A DNA stretch of 64,000 bases from Podarcis cretensis (taxonomy: Eukaryota). A program made the translations under genes and the position numbers. Positions 24,711 through 37,717 of this stretch are shown here, piece by piece; position 1 is the first letter of the stretch; each line of letters begins with the position of its first letter. The stretch covers positions 80,290,001 to 80,354,000 of the forward strand of contig OX638149.1 in NCBI GenBank assembly GCA_951804945.1. Reading direction: 5' to 3'. The notes below the pieces were generated by a model. The model ran no database searches, had not been told where the DNA came from, and saw only the letters and a program-made list of their open reading frames with translations.

Positions 24711-25102
24711 CTGGGCCCATAACCTGTTGTTGGGATACTGCCAGGGAGACAAAAGCCATCATGCCCCCACGCTGTCTCCGGACGTCCATCGACCTCCCGT
24801 AGAAACACAGTATCAATCAATTAGCGACATGAGCTCCAGAAATAGCTTGCCACATTCCAGAGCTGATGCACGCTCTATCAGCAGAATTCGCACAGCGAAA
24901 GATGCACGCAGGAGAACATTATTTACAACTTTATTCAGTGTTTGTCAGAACAAAGAAAAACATGACTGCCTGCTTCAGTGTCTCAGACACAGAGAAAACG
25001 AAAGCATAGACACAACAGAAACATCCTGTGAACAGGAAATACGCAGACTCTGTGACTCACAAAGCCTGTTCCTTTTTAAGGTGGAACGGAAATATCCTAA
25101 CA
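24711..25102 (-). mobile_element. Copia 5' LTR (24725-25102) plus PBS (24711-24724)
   Basis: On the minus strand TGTTAGG...CAACA, internal AATAAA, followed directly by GGTTATGGGCCCAG, the copia-type PBS complementary to the tRNA-iMet anticodon arm. Confidence 0.85.
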
Positions 25103-25912
25103 GTTTTTTGTTGAGTCAAAAAGACAAAATAATGGAGTTACTTGAAAGAAACAATATGCAAAACTGCAAGGGAGTAAAAAACCCCAATGGAAATAGGTTT
25201 TTTCAAGGATGAAGGAGAATGCACAGAACCTGTAAATCCTGAAATGTACCATTCAATAGTTGGAAGTTTACTATACATTTCATTGTGGAGCAGACCAGAT
25301 TTGAGTTATGCAGTTGGAATACTGAGCAGACTAGTAAGCTGTTCCACAGAAAATGCCTGGAAAGGTTTAAAACGTATTTTCCGGTATTTAAAGCAAACAC
25401 TTGATTATTGTTTAAGACTACCATCTTCAGGGTCTACAAAACTGCAGTGTTACGTTGACAGCGATTGGGCCAACCTGCCTGATAGAAAATCAATTTCTGG
25501 AATGGTATTCAAATTTGGGGATTCCTTAATAGGTTGGAAGTCCAAAAAGCAAGGTATCGTGGCCACATCTTCAACAGAGGCTGAATACTGTGCTTTATCA
25601 GAGTTGTGTAATGAAATAAAATTTTATGTTCAGATCCTCAAAGATTTAGATATACAGTGTGATTATCCAGTTCAAATATGGGAAGACAATCAAGCTGTAA
25701 TAACTTTGGCTGGGTCTGAGCAGTTTAGAAACAAATCAAAACATTTAGAAATTAAATTTCAAAATGTGGCTGAAAATGTGAAGCAAAACCTGATAATGCT
25801 GAAGTATTGTGAGAGTATGCAAAATGTGGCTTATATATTTACAAAAGCACTAACTTTTGAGAAACATGCAGAACTAGTGGCAAAATTAGGAATTGTTGTG
25901 CATGATGTGTAA
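25103..25912 (+). pseudogene. Ty1/Copia pol 3' part (RT C-terminus and RNase H), frameshifted
   Basis: SFLLSQK..., YHSIVGSLLY..RPDLSYAV, YVDSDWA, SSTEAEY, EDNQ, KSKHLEIKF motifs. Frameshift near 25180 and AYIFTK in place of the usual ADIFTK. Confidence 0.92.
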
Positions 25913-25965
25913 ATATGTTTTGTATATGTTTAAAATACTGTTGTTTATGTTTGAATGAGAGTGGG

Positions 25966-26212
25966 TGTTAGGGGACATTCGGCACAGAAACGTGTGTATA
26001 CCTTTAAGAAGTTTCTGGGATTAATTGGCTGTAGCTGGCCTTTGCTATAAAGGAAAAAGCTGAGTTTTGTAGCCTGCCTGCAGGAATAACACCCATCAGA
26101 GTTTGAGTTTATTGTTTAGTAATAAAGTCTTCATTTTAGTTTGGGTTTTTTACACCTATGTCTCCTGGAGTCACTCTGTCCTCTGCCACCAGCTGGAAAT
26201 CCCCCTCCAACA
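25966..26212 (+). mobile_element. Copia 3' LTR, preceded by polypurine tract
   Basis: gagagtggg then TGTTAGG...CCAACA; TATA (ctataaaagg) and AATAAA inside. Confidence 0.8.
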
Positions 26213-26768
26213 TGTGTTGCTGCATTATTTAAAGTCTAATGTATTTCAGCCACTGCTGTTGATGGGGCTTCAGCTACTGTTGAATGCAAAGGCATGACGC
26301 ATTTGGGAACAAATTTCTCTCAGAAATACAGTTACTAACTGTAACTATTCGAGCTTTCAAAAAACATGTGGGGAAATAAAGGGTGAAGAGGACACAAGGC
26401 CAGCGTTGACCAATGTACACTGAGACCTAAGGCCTTTTGCACATTTCCTCATTGTGGGGAGGAATCTGAATACTTTCAGCCAAATGCAGAAAGAATCTCT
26501 GTTCAGACCTTCTTGCTCACTGTGGGAAGGTTGGGGGTGGAGCCAGTAGGGGTGGGGACATGCTGGCATGTGTGGCATCATCGTGCCCTCGTCACACTTC
26601 CTTCTCCAAGGTGCTCTCTGAATGCTTGTATAAGGCTTTATCTTCTGTCCACACAGATATCAAGAAATAGGGTACAGAGAAGTTGTCCCTGATTTGAAAT
26701 GGGAAGGAGAATGGTACAAATATGGCAGATTCTTTGTTCCAGATGTTCCTAATTTAGCTCCTAACCTA

Positions 26769-26817
26769 ATAATAATAATACCTTTATTGTCAATGTACAA
26801 ACTGTGTACAATGAAAT
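26769..26817 (-). mobile_element. 49-bp 3' terminus of a non-LTR retrotransposon (Rex1/Babar-like)
   Basis: Minus strand tttcattgtaca...tgtacattgacaataaag plus (TAT)n tail; TSD TAACCTA at 26762-26768 and 26818-26824. Confidence 0.6.
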
Positions 26818-26983
26818 TAACCTAGCACTTGGATCAATCGTGATGGAAACCTTACCACTGCTTCATCTCACCTATGGGTGAAGAACTGTTGCATTCTCTT
26901 CTAGGCGAATGGTGGGCAGGATCAGAGGCAAAAAAAAGAGCACAGCCATAGATCTAAACCTCATGGTTGCAGGCACCTCCAGT

Positions 26984-27274
26984 CAGGGGCAGAGGAAGAG
27001 GGGTGTGGTGGGGGCAGGTCGCCCAGGGTGTCACCACTGACGGGGGTGACAAAATGCTGGGCGGCACTCACTGCGGGGCCTGCAGCGCGCCTGAGCCACG
27101 GTTTCTCCTGGACCAAATGGTCCATCCACCACCTGCCCCTCAGCTGTAGGGCCACTGAGTGGAAGGAGGCAGGCAGACTCCTCAGAGGCCCCGCGGAGCG
27201 TCCTGCCCCGGCTTGCCCTGCCCCATGGGTGGCTGGCGCCGCCCCAGACACCCAATTGGCTTGCTCCGCTGCTG
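26984..27274. mobile_element. Non-autonomous hAT element
   Basis: CAG...CTG termini, 8-bp TSD cctccagt / cctcgagt, GC-rich body. Confidence 0.75.
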
Positions 27275-28635
27275 CCTCGAGTGGGGACATGTTATAGACC
27301 CACATTGTTCTAGTAGATAAATTGTAAAATTTCCAGCTGCTTATGGCCAACTCTAGTTTCTTATAGTTTAGATGTGGTTTTTTTTAAAGACTCTGAGTAG
27401 CTCTCATTCATTTATTTCAGTGAAATTTATGGAAATTTCCCAATGGATTTTGCCCTTTGAAAACAATTGGTGTGAATCATTTGATACTCCCAGAGCATTC
27501 ATGAAATGAATTGAGGTGTGAACCATCTGGAAGTTTTAAGGCACTTTGAAAACTATTAGCAGCATTTATTCTTCTGCTACTGATGAGATTCTGCAGCTTT
27601 AGGTTTTCTGGCTAGCATGAATAAGAAAATGAGCATAACAAAAGAGATTTGGTCAACAAAAGTATATTCCACAAGATATTTGTCAGTCTTTAAGATGTCA
27701 CAAGAATCTTGGTCATACTGAAGGGTTTTATAGAAAAGAATATAATGGGACTACTGGACTTGCAAAATTGCAACACAATTCTCTTAAAATCCATTAGCCA
27801 GAGTTAAGAGTCACAAGCACCAAAGAAGAATTTCAAAATAAAAATAGGATAATTTTTGAAATTCAAATGTATGAATTTTAGAATTTTTTAAAAAATCTGT
27901 AAAACGTTCAGGGGCACCAGCTCCTGGGGACCGAGTCCTTTTGCACTTCCACTGTGCAATCCTATGCAACTTTACTCAGAGGTAAAGTACTTTGAGGTAA
28001 AACACTCTGAGGTGTATTAATCCCAGGAAAATGTGCACAGATTGCAGCTTTGACCTTTCCTAAATTCAATGAGAGTGCATGCTTATTTCTCCAGCACATA
28101 TTAGTGGGACTCAAAAGTGCCTAGCTTTATATATTTCTCTTGCGTATCTCCCACTTTTTCTTTTTTAAAAAGTACAGTAACACAAAATGGTTTACAGAAA
28201 AATAAAAACAAGAATGAAAAGATAAAATTCAGTATAAAACAAACAATTCACAGCAAAATGCACAGGAATTTAAAGCAGCAGCAGAAAACATAAAATCTGA
28301 ATGCTAAAAATGTTTACGTAGTTAAATAAAATGGTCTTTTTTTAAAAAAAAAGTTTGCAGTGAAGGGGCTAGGTAGATTTCTTTTGGGAAGCTGATTCAA
28401 ATCCTGTGTAACACAAAAGGTCCTCACCTGGTTCCCACCTATTTTATTTCTCAGATGGTTTTGTTGGTCATCCCTACTGCTTCTTCCCTATGGTTCCCCC
28501 AGTTCTAGGTGCCTTCAAATTATAATGTGATGTGTGAAGAGCTATTTCTGTTTGCCTGTCCTGGATTTCCAACTATTCAGGTTCAGTGGATGGTCTCAGG
28601 TTTTATGACAGTGGGAGAAAAACTTTCCCCTACAT

Positions 28636-28773
28636 CAAGTGTGGGGAACTTTTGGCCCTCCAGATGTTGCTGACCTACAACTTGCATGATCTCTAGCCAC
28701 CGGCTAAGCTTGCTCAGGATTATGGGAGCTGCAATTCAGCAACATCTGGAGGACCACAGGTTCTCCACCCCTG
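28636..28773. mobile_element. Palindromic hAT MITE
   Basis: Internal inverted repeat ccctccagatgttgctga / tcagcaacatctggagga; related to the 40831 and 55316 copies. Confidence 0.7.
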
Positions 28774-31091
28774 CACTACACAATGCACCATTTTGTATAC
28801 CTCTCCTGTTGCCCACCCCCCAATTAAAAAATGGCATTTGCTGTCTGCACACTGAAGTTGGACAGTCTACAGCTATGTTATCATTTCCCCCCTAGATAAG
28901 GCCTTACTTTGGATCCTAAACTGATGAGTGATAAACTATAATAAAGTATATGATTCATAGAGAAAGAATTGTGATACACTGTAGGAGGATAATACATAAT
29001 TGATCAGGAATCAAGACACTTTCCCTACTAGTTCACGCCTCCCTAATACCTAAAATTTTATTAATCCACCTCTGCTTTTTAGCAGAGATCAGTCAAATGT
29101 AAAACACTGTCCATAAATAATTCACTTATTTGTAAATTAACTATGAAAGATTAATATACTGGGATATGTAACCGTTAGCCATTCTTGTTTTCTTTCCACC
29201 CATTTCTTCTTTGGCTGATGAGCTTCATTTTAGCATCTTGAATGCTTACGATGATGTGTTCTTTACCACAACAAGCAGCAACAGCTTATTATGAAGTATT
29301 GTATTTGCGTTCACCTTATGGAATGCAAGGAATAAAAGGACCACATGTATGAGATTTTTGCTGTAGCTCTCTTGGGCATTTGGAATTTTCTTTCTCTTTT
29401 TTTCCTGGAGAAAACACCAAACAATTAAGGCAGCCAGAAATGTCTGCTTGACGTAGGAGTAGCTTAGTATTCATCCATACCTAGTGCATCCAATGAAGTA
29501 GATTAAAATGTATGAAAAGATAAACAGGAATTAGAGTTCTAATGTTCCCCCTGGATTTTGGATGATTGGGTTAGAAGACTTTCTCAAGTCTCCAGACCTT
29601 GCTCACCAAGGTATTTGAGGGTAGATTCTAAAGTACGGATTTGTCTTATTATTTTTCCTTAGATATAGATGAAAAAACTAAATGGGTTAAATGAAAACAA
29701 GTTATTCCTAGACAGTAGGCCAAAATACACATGTTGTGGGAAGAGTTAAAGCAAGTGTTGCCAACATGTAATCCACAGGTTCACATGCCCACAATGGCCT
29801 TCCTGGGCACCCACAAGGTCCCCTTCTCTGCTGGAATTTGGCTTGAAAGAAGCATTGTATTGTTGCTACTAAAATTCATTGCAGCATGTGCTTGGCTGCA
29901 GTGTGTGTGAGATGCCAGTTTGCAAATGTGCCGTTAACCTAAAAAGGTTGGCGACCTCTTGTTTGAACAATAAAGTCCCCATACTGAAATCATCCATGTA
30001 GCATTGGTCACACTCTCTTCCTGTTAATATATAGGCAATGGAAACACCCCACAATAGCAAACAATGCCGAATCAGTCTTTCTCGCCACTTTGGCAAAACA
30101 TGGTGGTAGCTAAGGCACTTTCCTGGCCACTTTGCCTAGAAGTCCTTGTTCTGAAGATCCCGCTGGCCCTTTCCCCAAGTGAGGCAAGACAGAGGGGCAA
30201 GACAGTGGAGGGAGAAGTGACGAGCCTCCATCACTGGATGGGCAGATGGCTGGCCAAGCTAAATTTGAGGCAGAGGGGCACAAATTTGGCACACTCACCC
30301 ACTGCCTGAGAAAACTGTGTCATTCCACTTAATGGTTGGACCAGCCCTACTTGAGTTTCAGACTTTTAATAATGCAAATTTCTAAATACAATCGCTACCT
30401 CTTCCAGATTGCATCTCTTCTTCCTGTTGTAAAAAAATGCAACCACCGAACTTGAATATTTGTTCTAATGAATGAATAATGCTCTCTGGGCCAGATAACA
30501 TTTAATTAACCTCAGTGTATATACTCTAAACATAAAACTAAAGCCTTCTTCCCAGATCCCTTTTGCCTCTCCTTTGGAATTTAAATCTGCAGAGCTGCTC
30601 TTCAACTATTATATGAAATGTTGCTTAGCATTTGCCTCTGATTTTATTAAGAAGCACTCCATTACTATCAACTGAGTAATAGACTGTTAACAAAATGTTT
30701 CTACCATAATTCTTTTGTCCCTCCTTGTGTTCTGGAACTCGGAAGTCATATAATCTAATAGCAGCATAAGGGATTCTATGAACTCCCATTTAAAATTGTT
30801 GGAAATGTAAAGGCAGGGATCATTCTGTGTGTGATTTAAGGGATCATTTCTGTTATTGGTCTGGATGACAGCAGACTCTGATTGGCTGGAGTTTCCAGTC
30901 ATTTGGGAGCTAGCTTTAAGAAAGGAAGGTGGGATTTGACAGTTGCCTGAGTCTAAAGTATGGTAGTTCTGAATGAGTTTTTCTCTGTTCCTCATATCAG
31001 TTCAGTTCATTTTATTATGCATTTTTTAGCACAGTAGGTTTAACTTTCCAATATTATAGAGCTACTTACAAAAAAATTTAGGTAGTGTGAG

Positions 31092-31256
31092 CAGTGGCGT
31101 AGCGTGGGTTGTCAGCACCCGTGGCAAGGCAAGTAATTTGCATCCCCTAACCCATGGATTTTAGTAGGGGCAGAGAGCTGCTAGTGCGGGCGCCCCCCCC
31201 CCGATGTTGCGCCCGGTGCGGCCGGCCCCCCCTGCACCCCCCACGCTACGCCACTG
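31092..31256. mobile_element. Young hAT MITE
   Basis: 17-bp TIR CAGTGGCGTAGCGTGGG, perfect 8-bp TSD AGTGTGAG, CpGs retained. Confidence 0.92.
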
Positions 31257-31874
31257 AGTGTGAGGCAGCTATCTCAGGCAGCTGGCTTGGGGTTGTCATG
31301 AAAGGGCAGCAAATTGTTACCTGTTTCATTATTACTGCAGTTTTACTGCTAGGGAGGGGGAAGGTGTTTGCTTCAGGTGCCAAAATAACTTGCCTGCCCT
31401 TGGCTGCAATGCACCTTGACTTGGGGGAGCGGATGTCATTTGCTTTTCTTCCTCAGGCCCTGTCTGAGGGGAAAATAAGAATTCTAATTTGGAGGAAAAC
31501 ACTTAACCCCCCCCCCTGCCATTTTCTCCCATAATTTGCATCTCTATCTGTACCACTGCTGTGGTGGAAGAGTGAGAGAAAGAGAGAGAATAAGCAGACT
31601 TTTGGATATGGTATCCACTCATATGATGAACAGAAAAGCTCCATAATTATTTTACTTTGCTTTCTAATTCCCATTTATTTTGCAACAAGACATGATGCAA
31701 GCCTCTTCTCTTATTTAAAGATTATGAAACAAGCAGCAGAACCCATGTCTCAAACCTCCCATATTCAAGCTGCAATGATTCAGCAATAGGGCTCCTGATA
31801 AAACAAAGAACAGCAATTCCTCCATTGCACATTTTTGGATCCCATCCTACTCCTGTGACTTCAATTGCTTCAAA

Positions 31875-31955
31875 CCACTTTTAATATTGATTTTAAATGG
31901 TTGTAAGCCGCCCTAGGACCTAAAGGTGAAGGGCAGGTAATAGATTGAAATAACA

Positions 31956-31991
<36 letters not shown>
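31875..31991 (+). mobile_element. L2-type 3' end with (AAT)n tail
   Basis: ttgtaagccgccctagg...gaagggcaggt then (AAT)n; similar to the 3' end at 47.6-47.7 kb. Confidence 0.6.
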
Positions 31992-32845
31992 GCTCCCCCC
32001 AAGGATCTTGGGAACTGTAGTTTATCCCTCACAAAACTATAACTCCCAGCAGCACCTGTAACAAACTAAGCTCTCAGGATTCTTTAGTGTGGGGGGAGTA
32101 ATGTGCTTTCAATGCATCTGGGACAATCTTGCCGTTTCTCTACATCTTCCTCAGGAGTTCCCACACAAGGTAGCTTTCTCCAGGAGGACAAAGCTTGCAA
32201 ATCTGAGCCAGCAAGTACAAAATAAAGCATCACAGAACTGTGAGTTCTATGGAGAGTACAAATTCCTTAGCTCATTCTGGCCCCTCAGGGTGGGAATGGT
32301 AAATAGGTGGAGAATGGAAGTTAGTCCAGCTTTACTGCTTGCACTACTATAAATTGGAAACTGCTACCACATGTTAGAAAATTATTTATTTGCTGTTGAG
32401 CAAGAAGCCTCTGAAATCATCGGTCTAATGTAATTAGTTTAGATTACAGATCTGTGCCTTGAGAACGGACTCTTGACAATCTCCGCTTTCCAGTGCCCAC
32501 CCACTTGATTCCCAAATGACTATGCAGCTCTTTCTTTTTTGCTTACGCAAGCAACAGCAGCAGAACATCGAAGCATGATGGCTTTGTTTGCATTAGGACT
32601 GGGTTGGCTTAACAAGGATGTGAAATTTGCCCTCTGTAATCAGAACTGTGCCACGGGTATGTTGTACATCCTTAGCACTAAAGTCCATTTAGTCATGGGG
32701 TCTGTACCACGGATGGGCGAGATGGTTGGTGTGATCACAGGGTTGGGATTTTTCACAGTGATAGAATCTGTGACAATACCAGGTTGCCCAATACTTGTCT
32801 TTGAGAAGGTACAACACATTCCTCCTGCTGCTTCTTGTTGGACAT

Positions 32846-32923
32846 GATATAGATATAGATATAGATATAGATATAGATATAGATATAGATATAGATATAG
32901 ATATAGATATAGATATAGATATA
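32846..32923. repeat. (GATATA)13 microsatellite
   Basis: Perfect hexamer array. Confidence 0.97.
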
Positions 32924-35900
32924 TGCAGTGTGCAGAAGTATATAGTCTGATAAGGTTGGTGGTTGAAAGAATAAAAAGCCTACTCCTGGCAAAACATCCA
33001 TCATGGTGTCATGAGTTTAAAGAAAAGGGTCCCAACACTAGGTCACACAAAGAAAACTGACTGGAGAAGGAATAAAAGGAAATAAAAGCCTGAGAACACA
33101 ACATGCAAGACAACAGTTCTGACCATTCAGACATGTCTTGACTTGCTCATTTTTCTAAGAGAATTTGTGTTGTTTCCCTTCCTTCTAATAGTTTCTGGGA
33201 AACACTTTTATTTTTCTTTAATTGTCTTTTCATGTGCCACATAGCAGCCATCCCCGTTGGCACACAATCCATCTTGCAGTGGTGCCTTGCTTATGTCACA
33301 CAGTGCTCCTAAATCGATAGCCTGCCTCTTTAAAATTCCTACAGTACAGCTGAGAACCAGAAAGAATCCCCAGTGGGAATACTAGGAAATTGGAGATTAT
33401 TTCACAAGCAGAGGTTCCCAAGGTCTGGCCCCAGGAGAACATTCTGGTTTAACAAGGAGTTAATCGTACCATTTTTATGTATGTGAAAACTGCGACTTAA
33501 TGAGGAGTGCTTTCCTTAAGGGGAGGGGGGAATTCAGATTTCTTTTGATTGAATCATAAACAGCTCCCTCAGTACTTAAGGCAATCAAGTTCAAGCTCAA
33601 ATGAGTCCTCCATTTTATCACTGGGATTTTAAAGCGTTGTTCATAGCATCCTTCCAGGCAATGTCTTATCTCAGCAGCTCTTGCAAAGGAGCTCCAACCT
33701 TAACTGTTCATTGCATACAGTTATGAGGTTGAGGGCGGAGTGGGGGAGAGGGAAGACTTTCCCATACTCTCCTTCAAGTCCTATCTTGACAAAACAACAT
33801 GTTTTCCTAGCCAGGGGCGCTGCTGTGCTCCCACTTCCAGCCACATAGCTCCAGCTGTTCTCTAACAAATACAGCCGCAACACACTTCTTTCCTTCTGCA
33901 GCACCCTAATAAACCAAGAGTAAATTACCGAGTGACCTACTTACTGGGGTTGTTTAAATAATCCTCAACGTGGCACTGTAATTTGATGTTTTCCACTGAA
34001 GGATAGAGGGATTTCACATGAAAACGTAAGCTTGCCACAAAAAAGCTGGGAATTAAAGCTAATAATAGTAATAATAATAATGGTGGGAATGGGCATAAAA
34101 TAGCTGCTTGGTTGTTTTGATAAAAAAATAAAAGTTATAGTGTTTTGTTTTTGTTTTAAAGGCAGCGATTGGTTGGCGTATCATGTGGTGTGATTCCATT
34201 ATCGAGTCCAATATAGAAAATTGATTTGCAAGATTAATATCAAATCATTACTTTTGCATCGTCTCTTTGTGACACCATCATTTTTATGGGAAGCCTTTTA
34301 TTTTCTTGCATTTGCTTCTACTCATCTCAAATTGCAATGTGATACACACACCGTACATTTAAAGCACATTACTTTCCCCTGCCCCCTCAGAGAATATACT
34401 GAGAGGTTAGTTTTTACAGGTGCTGGAAGTTATAGTTTTGTGAGGGATACACTACAGTTTGCTGAGTTTTCAGGAGTAACACAAAAGCTGTGGAGACTAG
34501 AGAAGTGAATGATCCCTAGAAATTGGCAGTCCTGCTGCCTCAAGGCCATAGCATGTGGCAACTTATCTTCCCTAGTCCACTGTAGCTTTCGACTTCCCCT
34601 CCTGTTCAGCAAAAAATCCGATTGTTCCTTTGTAGCTGTGGCTGTGCCTGCCCCACACCTAACGTCTTATGGTACCAGTGGTGGGGCAGGTGGACAGGGC
34701 TTGTGGAAAGTGGCCTCATGGGCCAAACTGGGAGCTGTGGCAAGCCCCCCACCCCACCCCCAGTCCCATATAAACCTCTTGATTTTATTCAGTTGAGGAT
34801 ATGTCTAACTGTCTTTGGTTGTCTTTTCTGTCATTTTTATTTATTACATTTATTAGATGCCCCACAACCAAGGCTCTCTGGGTGACAAAACTATATAAAA
34901 TCACAAATCCAATAAAACGCCAGCCAAATAATAGCACAAAAATCATGAAAACAATAAAAAGTACATTAGAGCAGAGATGAAAATGATTTCGGCCACAGCT
35001 GTGTAGTCTAATAACAGACCAGTGTGTATGTCTGGCTGGATTCTTCTCCGCCTGTCCCGACTGCCCAGCCTTACCTGGCCTCTAACTCTTCTCTCAACCT
35101 CCAGCTTCTCTCCACCTTGGTTGCCCCAAGCTAGCAACTGTGTCTCTGTATGTGTTGTGATTCCTACATGGCTATGGTAATTGACTGAATCCTCATGAAT
35201 TCTGACAGAAGGGGTGGCCTTGACCCAGTTCGGATGCCAGCCTGGGGTATGCACCTGCGTGCTTGCCACATGACAAAAGCATTATCCAGTCTTTCATTCA
35301 ACAAGCAAGCCAATGCATTTCGTAGAGGTTTTGCTTTTCTGCTGTGCCATTAAAAACTTCAACCAGACCTGTGCCTTTTCACCAAGGGATTACAGTTCAA
35401 TAACAGTGCAAAGTATAGCGCAGAGCTCAGTTTTCGTTTCCTTTTTATTGCCTGATCCCTAGATGGCTGCATATCGTGCAGTGCCCTAGTCAGGGTGTGG
35501 CCCTAGTAAGCAGGATACAAAGCTGGACGTATGCTGAGTGGAGGCCTATTTGCGGTCTGGCAACGGATGCAAGTCCAGTCCCTTGACTAAGCAAATAATG
35601 CCTCCCAACTTAGTGCTGGCACATTTCCACCAGTTAGTGTAATGTGTTTTCTAGGCAGGGCTGCCCATCACCGTCACCAGCTCCTTCCACTCCCACTTCT
35701 GTACTATGAATATCCAAATCATACACAAAGGAAAGCTATGTCTGTGCTCATAGTCGCTACTATTTTAATAATAAAAAACATGCAGCTGTTACCAACTGTA
35801 CACTGTCCAAACAACAGTTCTTGGTGTGTTGCACTTTCCCAGCACTATATATCCACTATATTTTGTACCTGGGAAAATGCATATCCTCTGATATATTGAG

Positions 35901-36774
35901 ATCATCAAACAAGGTGGTTGTTTCCACGTCAGAGAACTTCACTGGAGCTGCAGGTGACTTCCCACCCACCCCATGTCTGTGTTGCTTTCTTGGTAAAAGA
36001 TGGCCATTTGGGGCAGGTCTGCAAGTCGCAGCTGCAGAGTCAAGAGACGGAAAAGGAAAAGGAAAGTGTAGCAACCAATACCACTTGCACAGTCTGAAAT
36101 CACAGTTTTAAATAAACTTGGTGAGCTCATTGAAGCCTTTACTACGGTTGCTGAGATTTAATCTTTGTGTCAGATGTTCCATCTTCCTATCAACAACCGG
36201 GAGTTTCACAACAAAATCAGCCCAGATGTGGTTTTGCAGCAGAACTGATTTGCTAATGAAACTGAGAATATGTTCAAAAGAGGATGCCCCATGGAACAGT
36301 GGTTTGGACAGGCCTTTCTCTGTGGCAGCACCCTGGTTGTGGAACTTTGGAAGTGTAGTTGTTCTCTCACAGTCATGACCTTCAGACATCAACTGAATAT
36401 ATATTTTGTTGCCCAGGCTTTTGAGATGTGAATGTTGACACAGAACTGAAGCAGCTCTGGATTTTCTAGTTGTACATGCCGAGGGCGTTAGCACTGCATG
36501 CTTAGATTTTTAACATTTCTATATGCATTGTATTTTGTTATGTTGTATGACCCCCTGGGCTCACACAGGAAGAAAGGCACTGTAAAAAATAAAAGCAAGC
36601 AAGTTGCATCTGCATGGTGAAATGTTACACAATCCCCTTGCCTAGCCCAATGCTTGTGGCATTAAAAAAAACCTTTTATAACAGATTTTATTTCAATTAG
36701 ACACTCAGCATTTCTTTACTCTTCCAGCGCATGTGTGCTCTGCTGTACATCCAGAGCCATCTCCTTGCATGTGA

Positions 36775-36845
36775 GAAAGTAGATTCGAGTCCATAAATGT
36801 TTGTGCTGCAATAAATGTGTTAGTCTTTAAGGTGCTACGTCTCTT
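36775..36845 (+). mobile_element. Penelope-like 3' tail fragment
   Basis: aataaatgtgttagtctttaaggtgcta resembles the sauropsid Penelope terminus as recalled; weaker copy near 27670-27710. Confidence 0.45.
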
Positions 36846-37154
36846 CCTTATTAAAGCTATCCCTTTCTGACTTTTTGTTCTTTTATTTTATTTAGTTATT
36901 TGAAGGTTGTGCACTTCAGCTCCCCCAGTACTGGAGCACAGATATATCCTGAATATTTTTGAAAAGCAGAAAACAGCCATACAGCCATCCCCACTGCAAG
37001 ATTGTACCACACCCCTTTAATTGCACAGTGACTTCATCTTATAGTGTTGCCTTTTGATAGGGACATCCGGAACTACAATACATTCTGGGTAAGCTGTATA
37101 AAATGCTTCAAGGAAACTTATCACGATTCCAACAGGAAATGGTTGTGACAGTAG

Positions 37155-37157
<3 letters not shown>

Positions 37158-37226
<69 letters not shown>
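37158..37226. repeat. (CT)n(CA)n compound microsatellite
   Basis: Direct reading. Confidence 0.97.
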
Positions 37227-37232
<6 letters not shown>

Positions 37233-37717
37233 AACATTGTGCAACAGCTTCATGCTGTCTGTTGTGACATAAGTCTGTCAACTATTTTAAAAGTGCTTAG
37301 TTGACCATTACCTTTATAGTGAATTAACTCTGAAATCCTACACATATCTACTCAGAAGTATGTGGGCACAGGATTGCCACCTAATTCAATTCAATTTACC
37401 ATAAATAACTCTGCACATTACCTAAACTTCAATATAGGTGTATTTCTGGAATACTGAAGAAGGTGAAAGGTAACTTACAAAATCTACCTCTCACTATTGG
37501 AAGGAAAAACCACTTTTAATGTATTTGCTTTTATTATGGGAACCAAAAGAGTCTCACAATTGGCAAATGTGCCTTTAACGCTTTGGTGATTAAAAAAAAA
37601 AAGGAATTATAACTTTTGTTTATTAAATTACCATTTAGAATGATTACAGACTGAAGCACTAGCCATAATATAATACATTCTTTCTAGGTAAAGGACAGCA
37701 CCCAGGGTGCCTCTATA

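Noticed and set aside
24727-25212. 161-aa ORF as a gag-like protein
   Set aside because: It reads through an antisense LTR into the RT remnant; a junction artefact.
24725-26212. The two Copia LTRs as a pair from one element
   Set aside because: Opposite orientation, different length and unrelated sequence.
30360-30995. 102-aa ORF and neighbouring sequence as a degraded L1 ORF1 or host exon
   Set aside because: Only vague resemblance; no motif I can support.
32753-33004. ORFs with (YI)n, (ER)n, poly-E or poly-S runs here and at 37.0, 46.3 and 61.3 kb
   Set aside because: Translations of microsatellites.
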